Shown here piece after piece: positions 38,876 to 54,214 of a DNA stretch of 64,000 bases. How positions within the stretch are numbered: position 1 is the first letter of the stretch; each line of letters begins with the position of its first letter. The stretch is from positions 40,548,001 to 40,612,000 of the forward strand of contig OX597820.1 in assembly GCA_951406725.2 (NCBI GenBank), written 5' to 3'. This DNA is from Octopus vulgaris. Its lineage: Eukaryota. Position numbers and translations under genes: made by a program. The notes under the pieces were generated by a model that was not told the origin of the DNA, searched no databases, and saw only the letters and a program-made list of their open reading frames with translations.

Positions 38876-39244
38876 GATCTGGGTATAATAATGTAATAAA
38901 GCGTCCCTTTGGTGATGAGTTGTTTTTCTGCATCCAAATGCGCTTGAAACATAAAATATAGAGAATTGCTATTATCAACATAATGTAGGGAACACATGTA
39001 GGGAACACATTATCAATGCACCTACATTTGCACTGCACACCATAATCAGTATTATTCCTAAGCACAATAGTCACCAAACTACCGTTTGGGAAGTAAATTC
39101 CATGGTGGTATACTTCGTAGAGCTCTAAACTCACCAGTAGTAGTCGCACATTTAACAATACACAAACGATATTCTATGCATAGTTATATATATATATACA
39201 TATAACGGAGTGAGAGTGTGTGAGAGAGAGAGATATATATAAAT

Positions 39245-39285
<41 letters not shown>

Positions 39286-39311
39286 TAAATATATATAAAC
39301 ACATATATATA

Positions 39312-39627
39312 TACTCTTTTACTTGTTTCAGTCATTTGACTGCGGCCATGCTGGAGCACCACCTTTAGTCTTATTCTTTGTAAGCCCAGTACTTATTCTA
39401 TCGGTTTCTTTTGCCGAACCGCTAAGTGACGGGGACGCAAACACACCAGCATCGGTTGTCAAGCAATGCTAGGGGAACAAACATATGCACACATTTATAT
39501 ATATATACATATATACGACAGGTTTCTTTCAGTTTCCGTCTACCAAATCCACTCACAAGGCATTGGTCGGCCCGGGGCTATAGCAGAAGACACTAGCCCA
39601 AGGTGCCACGCAGTGGGACTGAACCCG
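39312..39627 (-). mobile_element. SINE family A copy (5' truncated)
   Basis: Reverse complement of the 18705 element from the B-box to the tail. Confidence 0.85.
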
Positions 39628-39644
39628 ATATATATATATGTACT

Positions 39645-39839
39645 TTTTATAAAAGCAGCAGATATATAACACAAGCTGTTACTCAGAGTGTCACGTTCCT
39701 GTCCGACGAACGGGAACGTGAAACTCTGAGTAACAGCTTTTGTTATATTTCTGCTGCTTTTAAATAAAGCATATTACTCTCCCTCTGGTATTTGAGTACT
39801 CTTTTCTTCCACCTTGTTTCACACTGAAGTGCTTACTCC

Positions 39840-39842
<3 letters not shown>
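39645..39842 (+). mobile_element. (TA)n-embedded short element with minimal hammerhead and inverted partial copy
   Basis: 39699-39736 CTGT-CCGACGA-ACG-GGAA-CGT-GAAA-CTC-T-GAG-TA-ACAG; 39651-39699 is the reverse complement of 39713-39761. Confidence 0.7.
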
Positions 39843-39898
<56 letters not shown>

Positions 39899-39978
39899 TT
39901 ATACACTCACACACACACATATAAAGTCCACATATAAATGCATACATACATTTATATATACGTGTATATATATATCTA

Positions 39979-40012
<34 letters not shown>

Positions 40013-40074
40013 CGTACACACACACACACACACACACGCACGCGCGCGCGCGCGTATATATATACTAATGATAT

Positions 40075-41862
40075 CATGCATGTCTGAAAGATGGTGCTGT
40101 TCAACAAAGATCCGACGTGGGTCAAGCAAACTGACCCCGAAGTCTCCTTATATGTGGTTATGACAACGCCGATGTCTGCGATCTTATCGGACTGTACATC
40201 CTGGACATCTTAAGGAAGATTTTCCTTTCGGTCCTCTACTGTCTCTACAGAGATGATGCCATAGCCATCTCTAGAGGAGCCAACGGACACACACTAGATA
40301 AGACTTAGGGTTATTTTTAGCCCTAGGCTCAATGGGACTCAGGATCATCATTGAGACTAACCTCACCATAGTAGATTTCCTAGATTGTACTTTAAATCTG
40401 TGCCATGGTACATACAGGCCCAAACGAGTAACTGTCCTATATTAACACAGCCTCATGCCACCCCCTATACTGTAAGCAAGAGAATCTCGTATTTATACTC
40501 TAGCCAAGATATCTTCTACCCCTCTGCCTCCTACTACAATGAGGCACTGCTATCGAGTGTGTTTACGGACCGCATCTCCTACATGCCAGACCTTAGAATC
40601 CAGAAAACGAAACGCCGCAGAAACGTCCTTTGATTTGCTCCACCCTTTTCACTCAACGTAAAGACTTATGTGGGAAGGACTTTCCCCACATTAATGTATA
40701 AAAAATTCACACTGACATAGATGCAAGCATTTATTTAACAGGCACACCCTAAGAATCTCCTTTAGTTGTGTACCTAACATAAAAAGTATTTTAACAAACA
40801 CCCACTAGATAAGGGAGAAGACAGATTACTCTTGCAGGGTATAAAATAACTGTCTAGCATGAGGCCAATGCGAGACCGAAGGAGTCATCTGTGAAGCTAC
40901 GGTGGCACCGAGACCTGCCATGTGCATTACCAGCAATGTACCATCCAACAACATTGATGGCACCGGTGGTGATGATTGTAGCAGATTAACCAGCTCTAAC
41001 GCCATCGACACTAGTACAAACGCCACAGCCAGATATGATTAACAGCCCGGGACCAGTGACACGGAGGAGATAACCTAGTAACATCGATGATCCACAGTGC
41101 CACAAACGATAATGAAACCATTATCATCGACACCGATGGAGTGACCGGCCCTGCACCATATGTTACCGCCAGGCTCACCCAAACACCTACCGGCAGCATC
41201 AATGCAAACTATATGACAAGAGGGGAAAACCACTGCGACAACAACTGCGTAGACGGAAGACATACCAATAACATCCCCAGGACCGGAGCCTACCAGAGAT
41301 ACACGAGGAATGCGAATAAAGCTACCACCTGAGCTTGTAAATATATCGAGTCACCCATCACCTCTTTCAAACCACACTACCTCAACCACCACCAGCCATT
41401 CTTCAGAGTCCCAGAAAGACATTGTATCAAGGGACTCCATATGATATCAAGTGGATGATCATAGAACATCCAGGGCCATATGTTAACTGGAGTGGCCGTT
41501 GCAAAATCTGCATCATAGAGAAAACCAAAATTCTTAAGAATTATGCTAAGTCTGGCGCGTTAAATAATCGTAAAGAAATTTTCTCAAAATGTGTTCATTT
41601 CAAGCGGTGCCTACTGGAAGGATTAGATCTCCCCGTTTGATTATAGCTTTATTTTATCCCCTGGTCCAAGGGAGATAACTTGTCCTCAATAAAGTCTTAT
41701 AGGTCAGACATTGAGCCTCGTTATCCTAGCGTTTCTCCACGTCCACAAGTTAAAAAGTTGAATTTGTTTTTGTATAGAGCCTGATGAGTTGCCCGCAAGG
41801 GTGTAGCTTTCGTAGAGACGAAACCATTGGCCACTCTATGGCCAGAATTTAACCTTTTGTTT

Positions 41863-41870
<8 letters not shown>
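40075..41870 (+). mobile_element. 5'-truncated Penelope-like element (RT + C-terminal GIY-YIG + terminal HHR)
   Basis: [63 protein letters not shown]...GQC...GVICEATV, YIE...SFKPHYLNHH, CKICIIEKTKI..LNNRKEIFSKCVH; (TA)n on both sides. Confidence 0.85.
41774..41839 (+). ncRNA. Degenerate type I hammerhead in PLE 3' repeat
   Basis: ATAGAG(C)-CTGATGAG..branched helix II..C-GAAA-CCATTGG-CC-(A)CTCTAT; the cleavage triplet is GCC rather than GUC. Confidence 0.6.
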
Positions 41871-41912
<42 letters not shown>

Positions 41913-43004
41913 CTGAAATTTATAGAAAACAAAAAGCAGTATTCAAATAATTAAAAGTAAAAGAGAATATGTAGAAACGCATAAATACATATACACGTTA
42001 AATGTACTTTCAGCTGATGTTATCTAAATTCCAATGAAAGCAACTTGGTTCTGTGTTACAAATCAGCTCTTCCTACATCGGTGAGAAATTTGAGTAATTA
42101 ACCCTGAGCAACATACATACTGACATATATTAAGAACAATTTATATTTTATTACAGTTGCACTTTAGCTATAAGATTCATTCTACAAGACTTAGTGTAGG
42201 TGAGAGAGAGAGAGTGTGTGTATTTTGAAGCTCTTATCATTTTTCATTCATCGTTTATTGTTGTTGTTTTCGTTATGATTATTGTTGTTGCTGTTTTTTT
42301 TTTATGATTGTTTCTTATTTTTCTACTTTTACATAATTTATTCCCTTCATGAATTTGCATTTTCTTTAACTGTGTGTTCGTTTTACTAATTTTTTTTTTA
42401 TATTACATTTTTTTTCTTTCTTTAAAAAAATATATATCGACTGATATTTAATCAGCGTAACCCTGAAATATTATGAGGAAATATACAAAGCTAGCATTTC
42501 AAATCCCTATCATCAGTAGATGCTATGAGAAAGACAACAAAAACAGCAAAAATTGATTCATTTTCGTTTGCCGAGGAAGCTAAATCTAAGATATATTTTT
42601 TCTTGCTGTTTCTTTATTTTACGTTTATAGTTTTGTTTTCCCAGGAAACGCTGCGTGTGTGAGTCAGTGTTTGTCGGTGTATGAGCGTGTGTGGGTGTGT
42701 GTCTTTCAGCATGTCAGTATGTTTGTGTTTTCGTGTGTGTATGTGTGTGTGTGTGTGAGTATGCGCTTCTGTCTGTGTGTACATGTTTTAAAGAATCAAT
42801 TACTCATGCTTTTCTTTACCATAATCTTTATTTTTCGCTCACATTTTACGATTATGATTCAGGATGTGTCTACGTAATACAAACTTGTTGGTGCAAGCAT
42901 ATTTGGGAGTGTGTAAGTACCAGGACATCCCATAAGCTCTGTCCGATTTTACCTTTTTATTATTAAAATTGAATGAATGAAATTTAATAGTATTTTAGAA
43001 TGTC

Positions 43005-43225
43005 TACTCTTTACTCTTTTACTCTTTTACTTGTTTCAATCATTTGACTGTGGCCATGCTGGAGCACCACCTTTAGTCTAGCACATCGACTCCAGGACTT
43101 ATTCTTTGTAAGCCTAGTACTTATTCTATCGGGTTTTTTCTTTTTTTTTTGCCGAACCGCTAAATTACGGGGACGTAAACACACCAGCATCGATTGTCAA
43201 GCGATGTTGGTGGGAGAACAAACAC
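43005..43225 (-). mobile_element. SINE family A, 3' half
   Basis: (TACTCTTT)n tail followed by CATTTGACTGTGGCCATGCTGGAGCACC..GCCGAACCGCTAA. Confidence 0.85.
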
Positions 43226-43719
43226 GCACACACACGCATATATATATATATATATCCATGAAATGTGGGGTTAGGCAATTTCTGCAAGATTTGAAACGTT
43301 TGGAAAAAGAGACTGAAAGAGTGCAATAACATTACCGCAGGATATAGAGTATCCAATGTTTCGGGCAGAATACTCTTTAAGGGTAACGATAACAGGAGGG
43401 AAATAAAAGAAAGACAGTAGTGCTTTGCATCCATTATATTCAAGAACCACAACAGTCGAAGCAAAAAAAAAGAAAAGAAATAATAACAGTCGCTATTAAA
43501 ATCTGACTTGCTACATAAATTTTGGTGAAATATTATATATGACAAATAAATTCTAACGTACTAAATGCCGTCAAAAGTAATGTCCCAGGGTGGCCTCAAG
43601 CCAATGGGCGAAATCTATATAAGAGTAGTAGAAGGTCAATGTATATTCAATTTTTTGCGCTGTTTCACGTACGTTGATGCATTGTTCAACTTCGTAACGT
43701 TCACACAATGTGAGCCTGA

Positions 43720-43920
43720 ATGCTGTTGTTTAGCCTTAGATCTAGGTGGATGCTGATCAGACCTGCTCCATCCGTGACCATCATACCCTTTTCAATGGTT
43801 ATAAACTCATTGTCCATGGTGAATATTATTAAAGACGTTAAGATTTCGATTTGGAGAGATTTGGCTTGTGTATTAGATCGAGTGACTTATAAGCGCTGTC
43901 GTTGGTCCGCGATACACCTT
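43720..43920 (+). mobile_element. Old interspersed repeat (related remnants near 6730-6930 and 44740-44830)
   Basis: Shared TGTTGTTTAGCC..GATCA..TCC..GATTTG-A-GGAGATTTGGCT layout; strongly diverged. Confidence 0.35.
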
Positions 43921-44829
43921 GGAAATTAGAAATACTCATGAGTCGCTCAATTAAGTGAGACTCCGGTTTATTATATTATTGTTATCTACCGAATCTATTT
44001 AGCCTCTCCTCTTTGTTTTGCGATAGTATAACAAATGTACTCCTTGAACCTTTTTTCAAAATCCCCACCACAAGGTTCCTCCAAATTTTCAGAATAATTG
44101 TTATTTATTTCTGCATAAAATATCTAGCAGAATATCTGCGTAGTTGGCATGTCAATCAAGTCACACTTGATTCATGAAGGGAACTCAAGCTTTGATTGCA
44201 CTATCTTTCTTTGATGTATGTTGTGTACAATTAGAATTATCCTATATACGAAACCTTCCATATTTAAAACAGTCATGAGTGTAATTTAAAGAACATTTCA
44301 GTGTTGTTTCCAGTATATCATGTGACCAATGTTTCTAGTATACGCTTTGTAGGACCATTGTTTCTGTAGAAAGTATTAATTTATTCATATATATAAAACA
44401 TTTGCATATGACTTTGTTGTATTCAAATGAATATGTATGAATAGGAATAAGCGGTATTCAATTATATGAATGTGTAGTAAACATATTTAGGAAAAAGTAA
44501 TATTCAAATTTATAAATATATGATATTTACATGGTAATTCTGAAGTGAACATTCTATTAGTTGGAAGTTCTAACTTCAAAGACATTAATAGTTCTTTCAT
44601 GATCCTAGCACCGAATTATAGATCGGTAGATAGATTTAAATATTTTATTCACTGAATTATCGGTATGAGACTACATCATTTGTTATAATTTTACCTGTAG
44701 GGGCCAGATGGGCACAGAGCAGATTGTTATAGCGAAATGCTGCTATTGAGTTTGTAAATATTGGTTTACCCCAGATCAACTTTAATCAATTAGATATATG
44801 ATCAAAATATCCCGTTCCCGAATGCTACC

Positions 44830-44887
<58 letters not shown>

Positions 44888-47227
44888 CATATATAAGGTC
44901 ATTATGCAATGCTGCTAAAATTTCATCGATCGATCACGTTTGCCTGAGGTTGTAAAAATCCTCATGAGTAATTATTGAGACACGTTTGGAATTAATTTTG
45001 GAAACTGAATGTTCTTAAAGACCTTTTTATTTCACTTTACTTGATATATTTCAGAAATGAAATCATAGTAGTAAATGTTTGAGTCGCAGACCTGCACACG
45101 GAGGCCTAGTAAGTTCTGGGTGGACCTACTTTATGACTTGATTTGTATCTCTTATTAGAACTACTACGGTCCACGGGCGCTAAAAGAGAAAAATGTCGAA
45201 AATGTACTTTTGTACTCAATATTTCAACCACTTGCGATAAATTGGCAGATTTAGTCAGAAGATAAAGAAGAGCGCACATGATCCTTTCCAAGGCTTCTGA
45301 AATTTGTTCGGAGGAGAAAGCTATCTTCAGATCAGTGTCTTCATCTGAAAGAAAGCTTACATCCCAGGCATTATCTATGTGCCAAGCTTTAAAATCACAG
45401 TTTGCAGATTGCACATTATATGTCTGTCTATATCTACATTTTACTTTATATCAATACTTTCTTATTTAGACACACCAAAGGATATAGACGATGAAATGAA
45501 AAAGAATATAAGATAAAAGATAAATGGTGTATGACACAGGAGAAAATTCTTCCATATTTGAAATTCTCGTTTACAAATAAAATCATCAAAATCTCAATCT
45601 AATTAATTATAACAGCCATTTAATCTGAAAGAGAAAACGAAATGCTCATCGTAGCCAAATATAACCTGGACGTAGGAGAATGGAAAAACTGGCCTACTCT
45701 ATGTAGCAATAGATTCGATCCTCAAATAATGTCCTTGTCTCTGAAACGAAATATTAGTAAATATAGCAGTAGTCTGAAAATAGTCGTGAAGGTTACAGAT
45801 AGTTTAATTAATCAGAATTGCCCTACAATTAAAACTGAATACAATTCAAAATAAATATAGAAAAATGCTTGAAAAACCCCCACTTGTGTCAGTTATGGTT
45901 TATGCCAGAAGCTTTTTTACTCCTTATCATTTCTTGTGCCATCGTTTTCAGTAACATGTTTGGGATTTCATTACATTTGATCTAAACACTGAATGCTGTG
46001 ATACAATATTTAACTTTTTCCTAAATTTATATTTGCTTTTAATTTCTTAATTAAAACATTGTAAAATAACCCAAGAGTTGAGAAATATTTGAAAATATTT
46101 ATATTTCAAATTCTTTTTATATTGAACGTGCATATGATGCGGTCGATAGTCGAATGGCTGTCTAGTCCATCAAATTATACGATATTCAACAATGTTGGGT
46201 GACTAAACAATATTTGGAGTGGTATCGCTGTAGTGTTGGTTACTGATTCGCAAGCTAGCATTGGTGAGTGCTTAGAACAAAATAAAATCATTTATTCCAT
46301 TGAATCGCTCTGCTTTAGAAATAGTACGAAATTATATTATTTTATGCAGTATAATTTTATTGATTCGTATGAACTAATGTAGCAAGTTTTCCATTCTTTC
46401 CAATTTCATTAACGCTATCTCATGCGTCTGGAGTTATGAAGTCCTTCCGAAAAGCCATGTTGACCACACCAGACCTTTAACTTGTCTGTCAAAGTTAGTT
46501 TCTGTCTTTTATAAAGTGTGTTCTTAACATCACTCTACAATAATGCTGCGTAAATACAGTCGAGTCATTTATGGAATTATGTCTAGCATATGGTATTTTA
46601 GGACAATTTGATTTTGTTTTTAATAGTAACTCTATGTATCACCGCATTGAATATGTATTTTACATCGAAATAAAAATACATTGAAACTGGGAGCGCATTG
46701 TTGTATTTATAGGGTTTTAGTTCTAGGAGACGATAAGTGAACTAATATATAAACAATCGTAGCTAGAATTTACAGGAGTTCTTTCGAAAATGTTGTGGTA
46801 TACTTGTGTGACAAGGAAGCGCGTGCTTCTAATAAGTAGCAAGACATTCTTTAGTATTTTACTTAATACATTCGTGTGCTATAAGGTTACTTTTCTGTTC
46901 CTGTGTTTAAATTTCTTATTTATTATGCTCCGTTTACTTCTATTTATAGTCAAATCCACTTGTCAAGGTTCTGCAACAAGAAGGTGGAGCGTTTCAGAAT
47001 ATCTCCTAAAACATGTTCTCGTACTACTTATTTAATAAATGTAGGTTGATGGAGATTGCATTTGTTGTTGTATACTGCTTCTTCATTTTGGGTTTTTGGT
47101 TGAGATATTGTTTGCATGAGTTTAAACATTGTGTGTTGTTTGGGAAGCTTGAATTCTTTCTTGTTATTAGAGTTGTGTTTATGATAAATTTTCGGTTGCA
47201 TTATTTTAATTCACATGGTAATGATGG

Positions 47228-47523
47228 TGGAGGCACATGGCCAAGTGGTTAGAGCAGCAGACTCCCGATCGCGGGTTCGAATCTCAGACCGGACGATGTG
47301 TGTGTTTATGAGCGAAACACCTAATTTCCACGCGGCTCCGGCAGAATGTAATGGCGAAACTTCTGCTGACTCTTTCGCCACAACTTTCTCTCACTCTTTC
47401 CTCCTGCATCTTGCTGCTCACCTGCGACGGACAGGCGTCCCGTCCATGTGGGGAACTAATACCCCAAGAAACCGGGAAACCGGCCCTTATGAGCCAGGCA
47501 TGGCTCCAGAAAGAACAAACAAC
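47228..47523 (+). mobile_element. tRNA-derived SINE family C relative
   Basis: GGCACATGGCCAAGTGGTTAGAGCAGCAGACTC..GGGTTCGAATCTC; shares GAGCGAAACACCTAA..CCACAACTTTCTCTCACTCTTTC with 8767; (AAC)n tail. Confidence 0.8.
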
Positions 47524-48639
47524 ATGATAATGATCAGTCAACCTAGAGACTTCATCCAAATTAAAGAGGAAATAAGTATGAAGATACAATGAATTATTTT
47601 TTATATTTTTCTGCCAGAACATGGTGTATATAGGAGAGAAAAAAAAATACAACGTATTTCAAAGAAACAGTACTTTCTTGTTCTTGTTCTGTACTTTACA
47701 AGATGTAATAACTTGTCCGGAACTTTTCCAAGTGCAGTAACTTGTCCTTTACTTTTCCAGATTTATAATATTATTTCTCTTGCTCGCATCTCCCCATAAT
47801 ATCTATGTTTTTTACAGGCTATGCTATTATGCTAATTAATAATGTGTCAAATGTGTCAATTAGCGGTGTAGTTGATATTTTTTTTCTTTACCTCAATGAT
47901 GCCGGCAACATATATTAAAAGTACCCCAGAACTAGATTCATGAAAAAGTATCGAACTATATTATTACCCTCAAATTTGAGAAACAAACACTCATATCTTT
48001 TTTTCTTTTAAAAAATTCATTGCATGCGATTGATACCATGAAGTTCTTCGAATTGAGCTCTATCATTTAAGCATAATTAAAATATAGTTTGTGTTTAAAA
48101 TTATAAGGTTAATTGTACTTAAATCCAATTTTTTACCTTATATTTTTTCATGATATTATACCTCACAGCGTTTTTGATACAAACTTTTGTTGCATGGGAC
48201 CAAAACTATGAAATTCATCACGCTTACTTCTGTCATTGAAGCTTAAGATAAATATATTTTGCTTTTAAAATAAAAACAATTTATTTAGATCTAAACTTGA
48301 TTGGTGGCGTTACTTACTACCCTATAACGTTGCTACATATTTTGATGTAAACTTTTTTCTACTGGACCAAAACACAATATTTTTATGCCAAAATGTAGCG
48401 AGGGACTAGTCCCCTTCAAAAAATGTCTTTTCTATTTGGTTAAGAACTGAATTAGTCACAAGCTCTGAACAATGCTGCGTGTGTGTAAATTGCGGCCTTA
48501 AGAATACTATTAAACTACTACCGTAGTTGGATTATAAGTATGTATGTATGTATGTATGTATGTATGTATGTATGTATGTATGTATGTATGTATGTATGTA
48601 TGTATCTATCTATCGATCTATCTATCTATCTAACTACCT

Positions 48640-49789
<1,150 letters not shown>

Positions 49790-50974
49790 TTGTTTCTTTA
49801 CTACCCACAAGAGGCTAAACAGAGGACAATATATGTGTGTGTGTGTGCACGTGCGTGTTTGCATGCATATATGCGTCTGTGTGTGTGTGTACAACGGAAA
49901 AACATATCACATAAGATATATGTTTGTAGAAGAACTGTTGTTGATTCAAAAGTGCATTACATGGAGTTTCATAAGCAAGAAAACGTAACGAATCATAGCT
50001 GATGAGGATAATCTGAATGAATAGCCTCGTATTTTCGAGTCCAATAATTCGAAATTGGACCCTAGTGATGCAGCTACATTTTAACAAATTATATTTCTGA
50101 ATTCTTGTCTATATGATGGATGTACACAGACTGTAAAATTTTTAAAATAACATTTTAACAGTTGTCGAGAATTTATTTCCAAATCCATTATTCATGTGCC
50201 TGATAAAGGGTGTGATTATTTATCAAATTATATTTATTAAATTATTGCTATACTGCGCCTAGGTAATCCTTTCATTCGCTAGAAACACCTATAACTTGAC
50301 TTCCGATGAAATACAATAAGGATTCGTTGAAGGGTATTTTATAACTAAAGGGCCAAATGTTCAAGTTTTGAGTGCATTTGAGCATAGCTCTCTTTGATTA
50401 AGATTGATATGATCTAACCATCATTGCAAATATGCACTGCGTACCTTTTAGTATGTGACTCAATATTTTAAGAATGCAATTTTCCGGGAATTGATTTATC
50501 GTATTAGAAGTTGCAGACAGTATTATCACCTAATCAAAATACGTCCTTAATGCCATGAAATGCTACTCAAGGTTCCATGACATTAGAGATATTACTATAA
50601 GTAGGCATTATGCAGCTGTTGAGATAAGAGGTTACAGGGGATGCATTCAAAGAAAGAATATGGAAATCCTCAAAGCTTCTGTTAAAGTTAATGCCTTTGT
50701 GCTCTCTTTGTAATCTCACACAAAAATTTCATTTAAAATTCAGAGATCTTAGTCGGAAGGGAAGTTGTAAGTTTATTCAAAACCAGTTACTTAAAGTAGA
50801 ATAGGAATCATTGCAGATCGAGAGTCAACCAACTGCACCATTTATCTGTACAAAGTACTTCGAACACAAAGGCATGTCTACAGAGAGTTTTCTAAAATTT
50901 AAATAGACATATACTCATAGCAGTTAGCAGAAATCAATCGAATTAAAAAAAAAAGCGTAATCTATACAGCTAAA

Positions 50975-51296
<322 letters not shown>

Positions 51297-51298
<2 letters not shown>

Positions 51299-51435
51299 CG
51301 GGAAGCGTTATGAAAATAAACAAAAGACGAAGGCAGGTGGAATACAAACAAACAATTGTATTAGTATGGCGCTCAGGAATATAAATAAAACAAGTCTTTT
51401 ACGTTTCGAGCCTACGCTCTTCAACAGAAAGATAC
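51297..51435 (-). mobile_element. Hammerhead-like short repeat (2992 family)
   Basis: Near-identical to 2992-3165; the motif lies at 51394-51433. Confidence 0.65.
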
Positions 51436-52082
51436 ACAGAAAAGAAACACGGAAAGAAACAAGGAGAGAAAAAAAATGCGTGCAGAAGCAACATGATAGA
51501 TATCGGTCTGCCTATCAATTCGTCTGTCTGACTATCACTCTCTCTCCCTCTATCTATCTATCTACCTATTTATCCATCAACCGATCACAGTGTTAGTATA
51601 TATGTGTGTATGAGAACCTATATATGTGTCTATATACACACATGCAGACACACAGATACACACACATACACAAAAGCCAGAAACATTCACAAAATGTGTA
51701 TATACCTATGTGTGTGTGTGCCTGCATGTGTGTATGTGTATGGCTGTGTGTTAGTGGGTGTCTTGTAAAAAGAAAGTGTCAGAATAGAGTAGCTTCTTTC
51801 TTTTGTCCGTTTTGCATTTTACCTTTTTGTTTTCTCGAAGTTTTATAATTATGCGTTTGAAGCACATGCAGTCGAGGCCTTCTACATTTCTTGAACTTAT
51901 ACAATAATACGGGGCTACAACGGTACTTTTACATTGTAATGAAGTGTAAAATTAAGTCCCAAAATTTAATAACATTAAAATATGAGTCACAGTACATATA
52001 TAAAATCTAAGCAAAATGTATATCGCCTGTGCTACGATATATAAATACGTCCACACACATACCCTCAAAACAAACAAAATCA

Positions 52083-52142
<60 letters not shown>

Positions 52143-52361
52143 TATACATATATATGTGTGTACGTATATATACACACGCATATATGTGTGTATTTATACA
52201 AACACGAATACAAAAAAAATGTGTGGTTATATGCGTGTTTTGCATATAAGGTATAATGCTTGCCACATAGTTGCAATACACATTCTTTTATAGCAGAAAT
52301 TTGTATCTGTCTGTCTGTTTGTCTGGCTATCTATTCCTCTTTCTCTCTATCCCTCTCTCTC

Positions 52362-52411
<50 letters not shown>

Positions 52412-52429
52412 TGTGCGTATATATAGGTA

Positions 52430-52460
<31 letters not shown>

Positions 52461-52476
52461 TGTGTGTATATAGAGG

Positions 52477-52519
<43 letters not shown>

Positions 52520-52886
52520 GTATATATATGTATATATGTATATATCTATATATATATATAAATGCATGTATGCGTGTGTGAGTTTTTGTGAGTGTGTGTC
52601 TGTGCGTGTGCGCGTGCGAGTGCATGTGTGTTGCTGCAGGATTTGTTTACGTATAATAATAGTATTCTTCAAAGTTTTCACTATTTGTAGTCTTGCCAGA
52701 AATATTCCGCTTTTATGATCACGTCTGTTTCCCTCTGCACTTTTTCTCTTTCACATTGGTTTCCTTTTAAATCTGTCTCTCACTCTTCAGTCTTCCTTTC
52801 TATTCGCCTTTATCCTATTGTTCCGTTCTCCTTCGCCTTCAACTTCTGCTTCTTCATCTGATGCTGTTGTCATCATTATTATTATA

Positions 52887-52957
<71 letters not shown>

Positions 52958-53697
52958 CATCATCATCATAATTATCATCATCGACGTTCTTTATGTTTGA
53001 ATAGTTGTTGTTGCATTTTTGTTGTTGAATCATATATCGCAAGACGCTTGTCATTCAATGAACAGTAGAGATCGAATTCAGCCATTTTGGTATTGTGCCA
53101 AAAACTCTCCAGGGAGGATATCTTGTTTGGTGTCCGGCTCAGATTATAATAGCCGACAACATCTGTTATCATATCAACTTATGACCCTGTCAAAGGTCAG
53201 TCAATCATAACTTTTGGGAATATATGGACAAATCTTTCATTTTCCTTGTGGGAAAAGGGCATCTCGCCATATATGGTAATAATACTGCAATGTTAGTATG
53301 AGTGTAATATTATTACCACTAGTATATTCATATGAACTACATTTCAAAGAAATATAACTGAACGCTATTTCATTCTCAAAACCTTTTGTATATTTATCAG
53401 TCATATTTTCTTGTAAATTCGAAATGATTTGAAACAAATTCGTGTGTAATATTGAATGCCTACAAGCACACGCCAATTGCAGATGTACATATATGCATAC
53501 GCACTCAAGCACACATGTAAATTAGGCGCACTAACGTCGATCAAATGTGTGTGTGTGTGTGAGTATTACATATTACACATATCTTTATCTCCACACATAC
53601 TGACACGCAAACACGCATACACACGCACAACACACACGTATATATAGACACAAACGCACAAATACGCCCGCACACATACGTATACACATACACACAG

Positions 53698-53750
<53 letters not shown>

Positions 53751-54214
53751 CAACGTAAAGGATTAGGGATTTGGAATCTGGTCAGGCATCTTATTAGTAT
53801 TTCTGGCTAACCACATCGAAAAGATAGGGAACATACAGAATTGCTTAAGATAAACAATTAACGGATGGCACTTCACTCGATAGGAAAATTTTGAGTTCGC
53901 CCCACTGGATTTCATGCATGCAGAAAATATAATCATGACATCATGAAGAAGAATGGAGAATTAGACATATTCATAAATTATCTATTACTGTATTATCCTC
54001 ATTAAATTCCAATCCGACATGTATTTCGGCTGTATGAGAGTTCGAGTGGCCTTCGGTGTATCATTTATGCCTATTTAGTTAATTCCTTTGCTGTACATAT
54101 TCATGCAAAGTAGACGTTTCAATGCAACTTTGTTCAAGGTTTTACCTATTCGAGTGGGTGAAGCGCACTGAGGATTGAATCCTGTTAACTTGAAGATGTA
54201 TAAATTCTTAATAT

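Noticed and set aside
50195-50310. CTGATAA..GAAAC and CCGATGAAA hammerhead-like words
   Set aside because: No consistent helices around the cores.
53019-53210. 63-aa ORF with a possible donor AAG|GTCAGT
   Set aside because: No acceptor, homology or other support.
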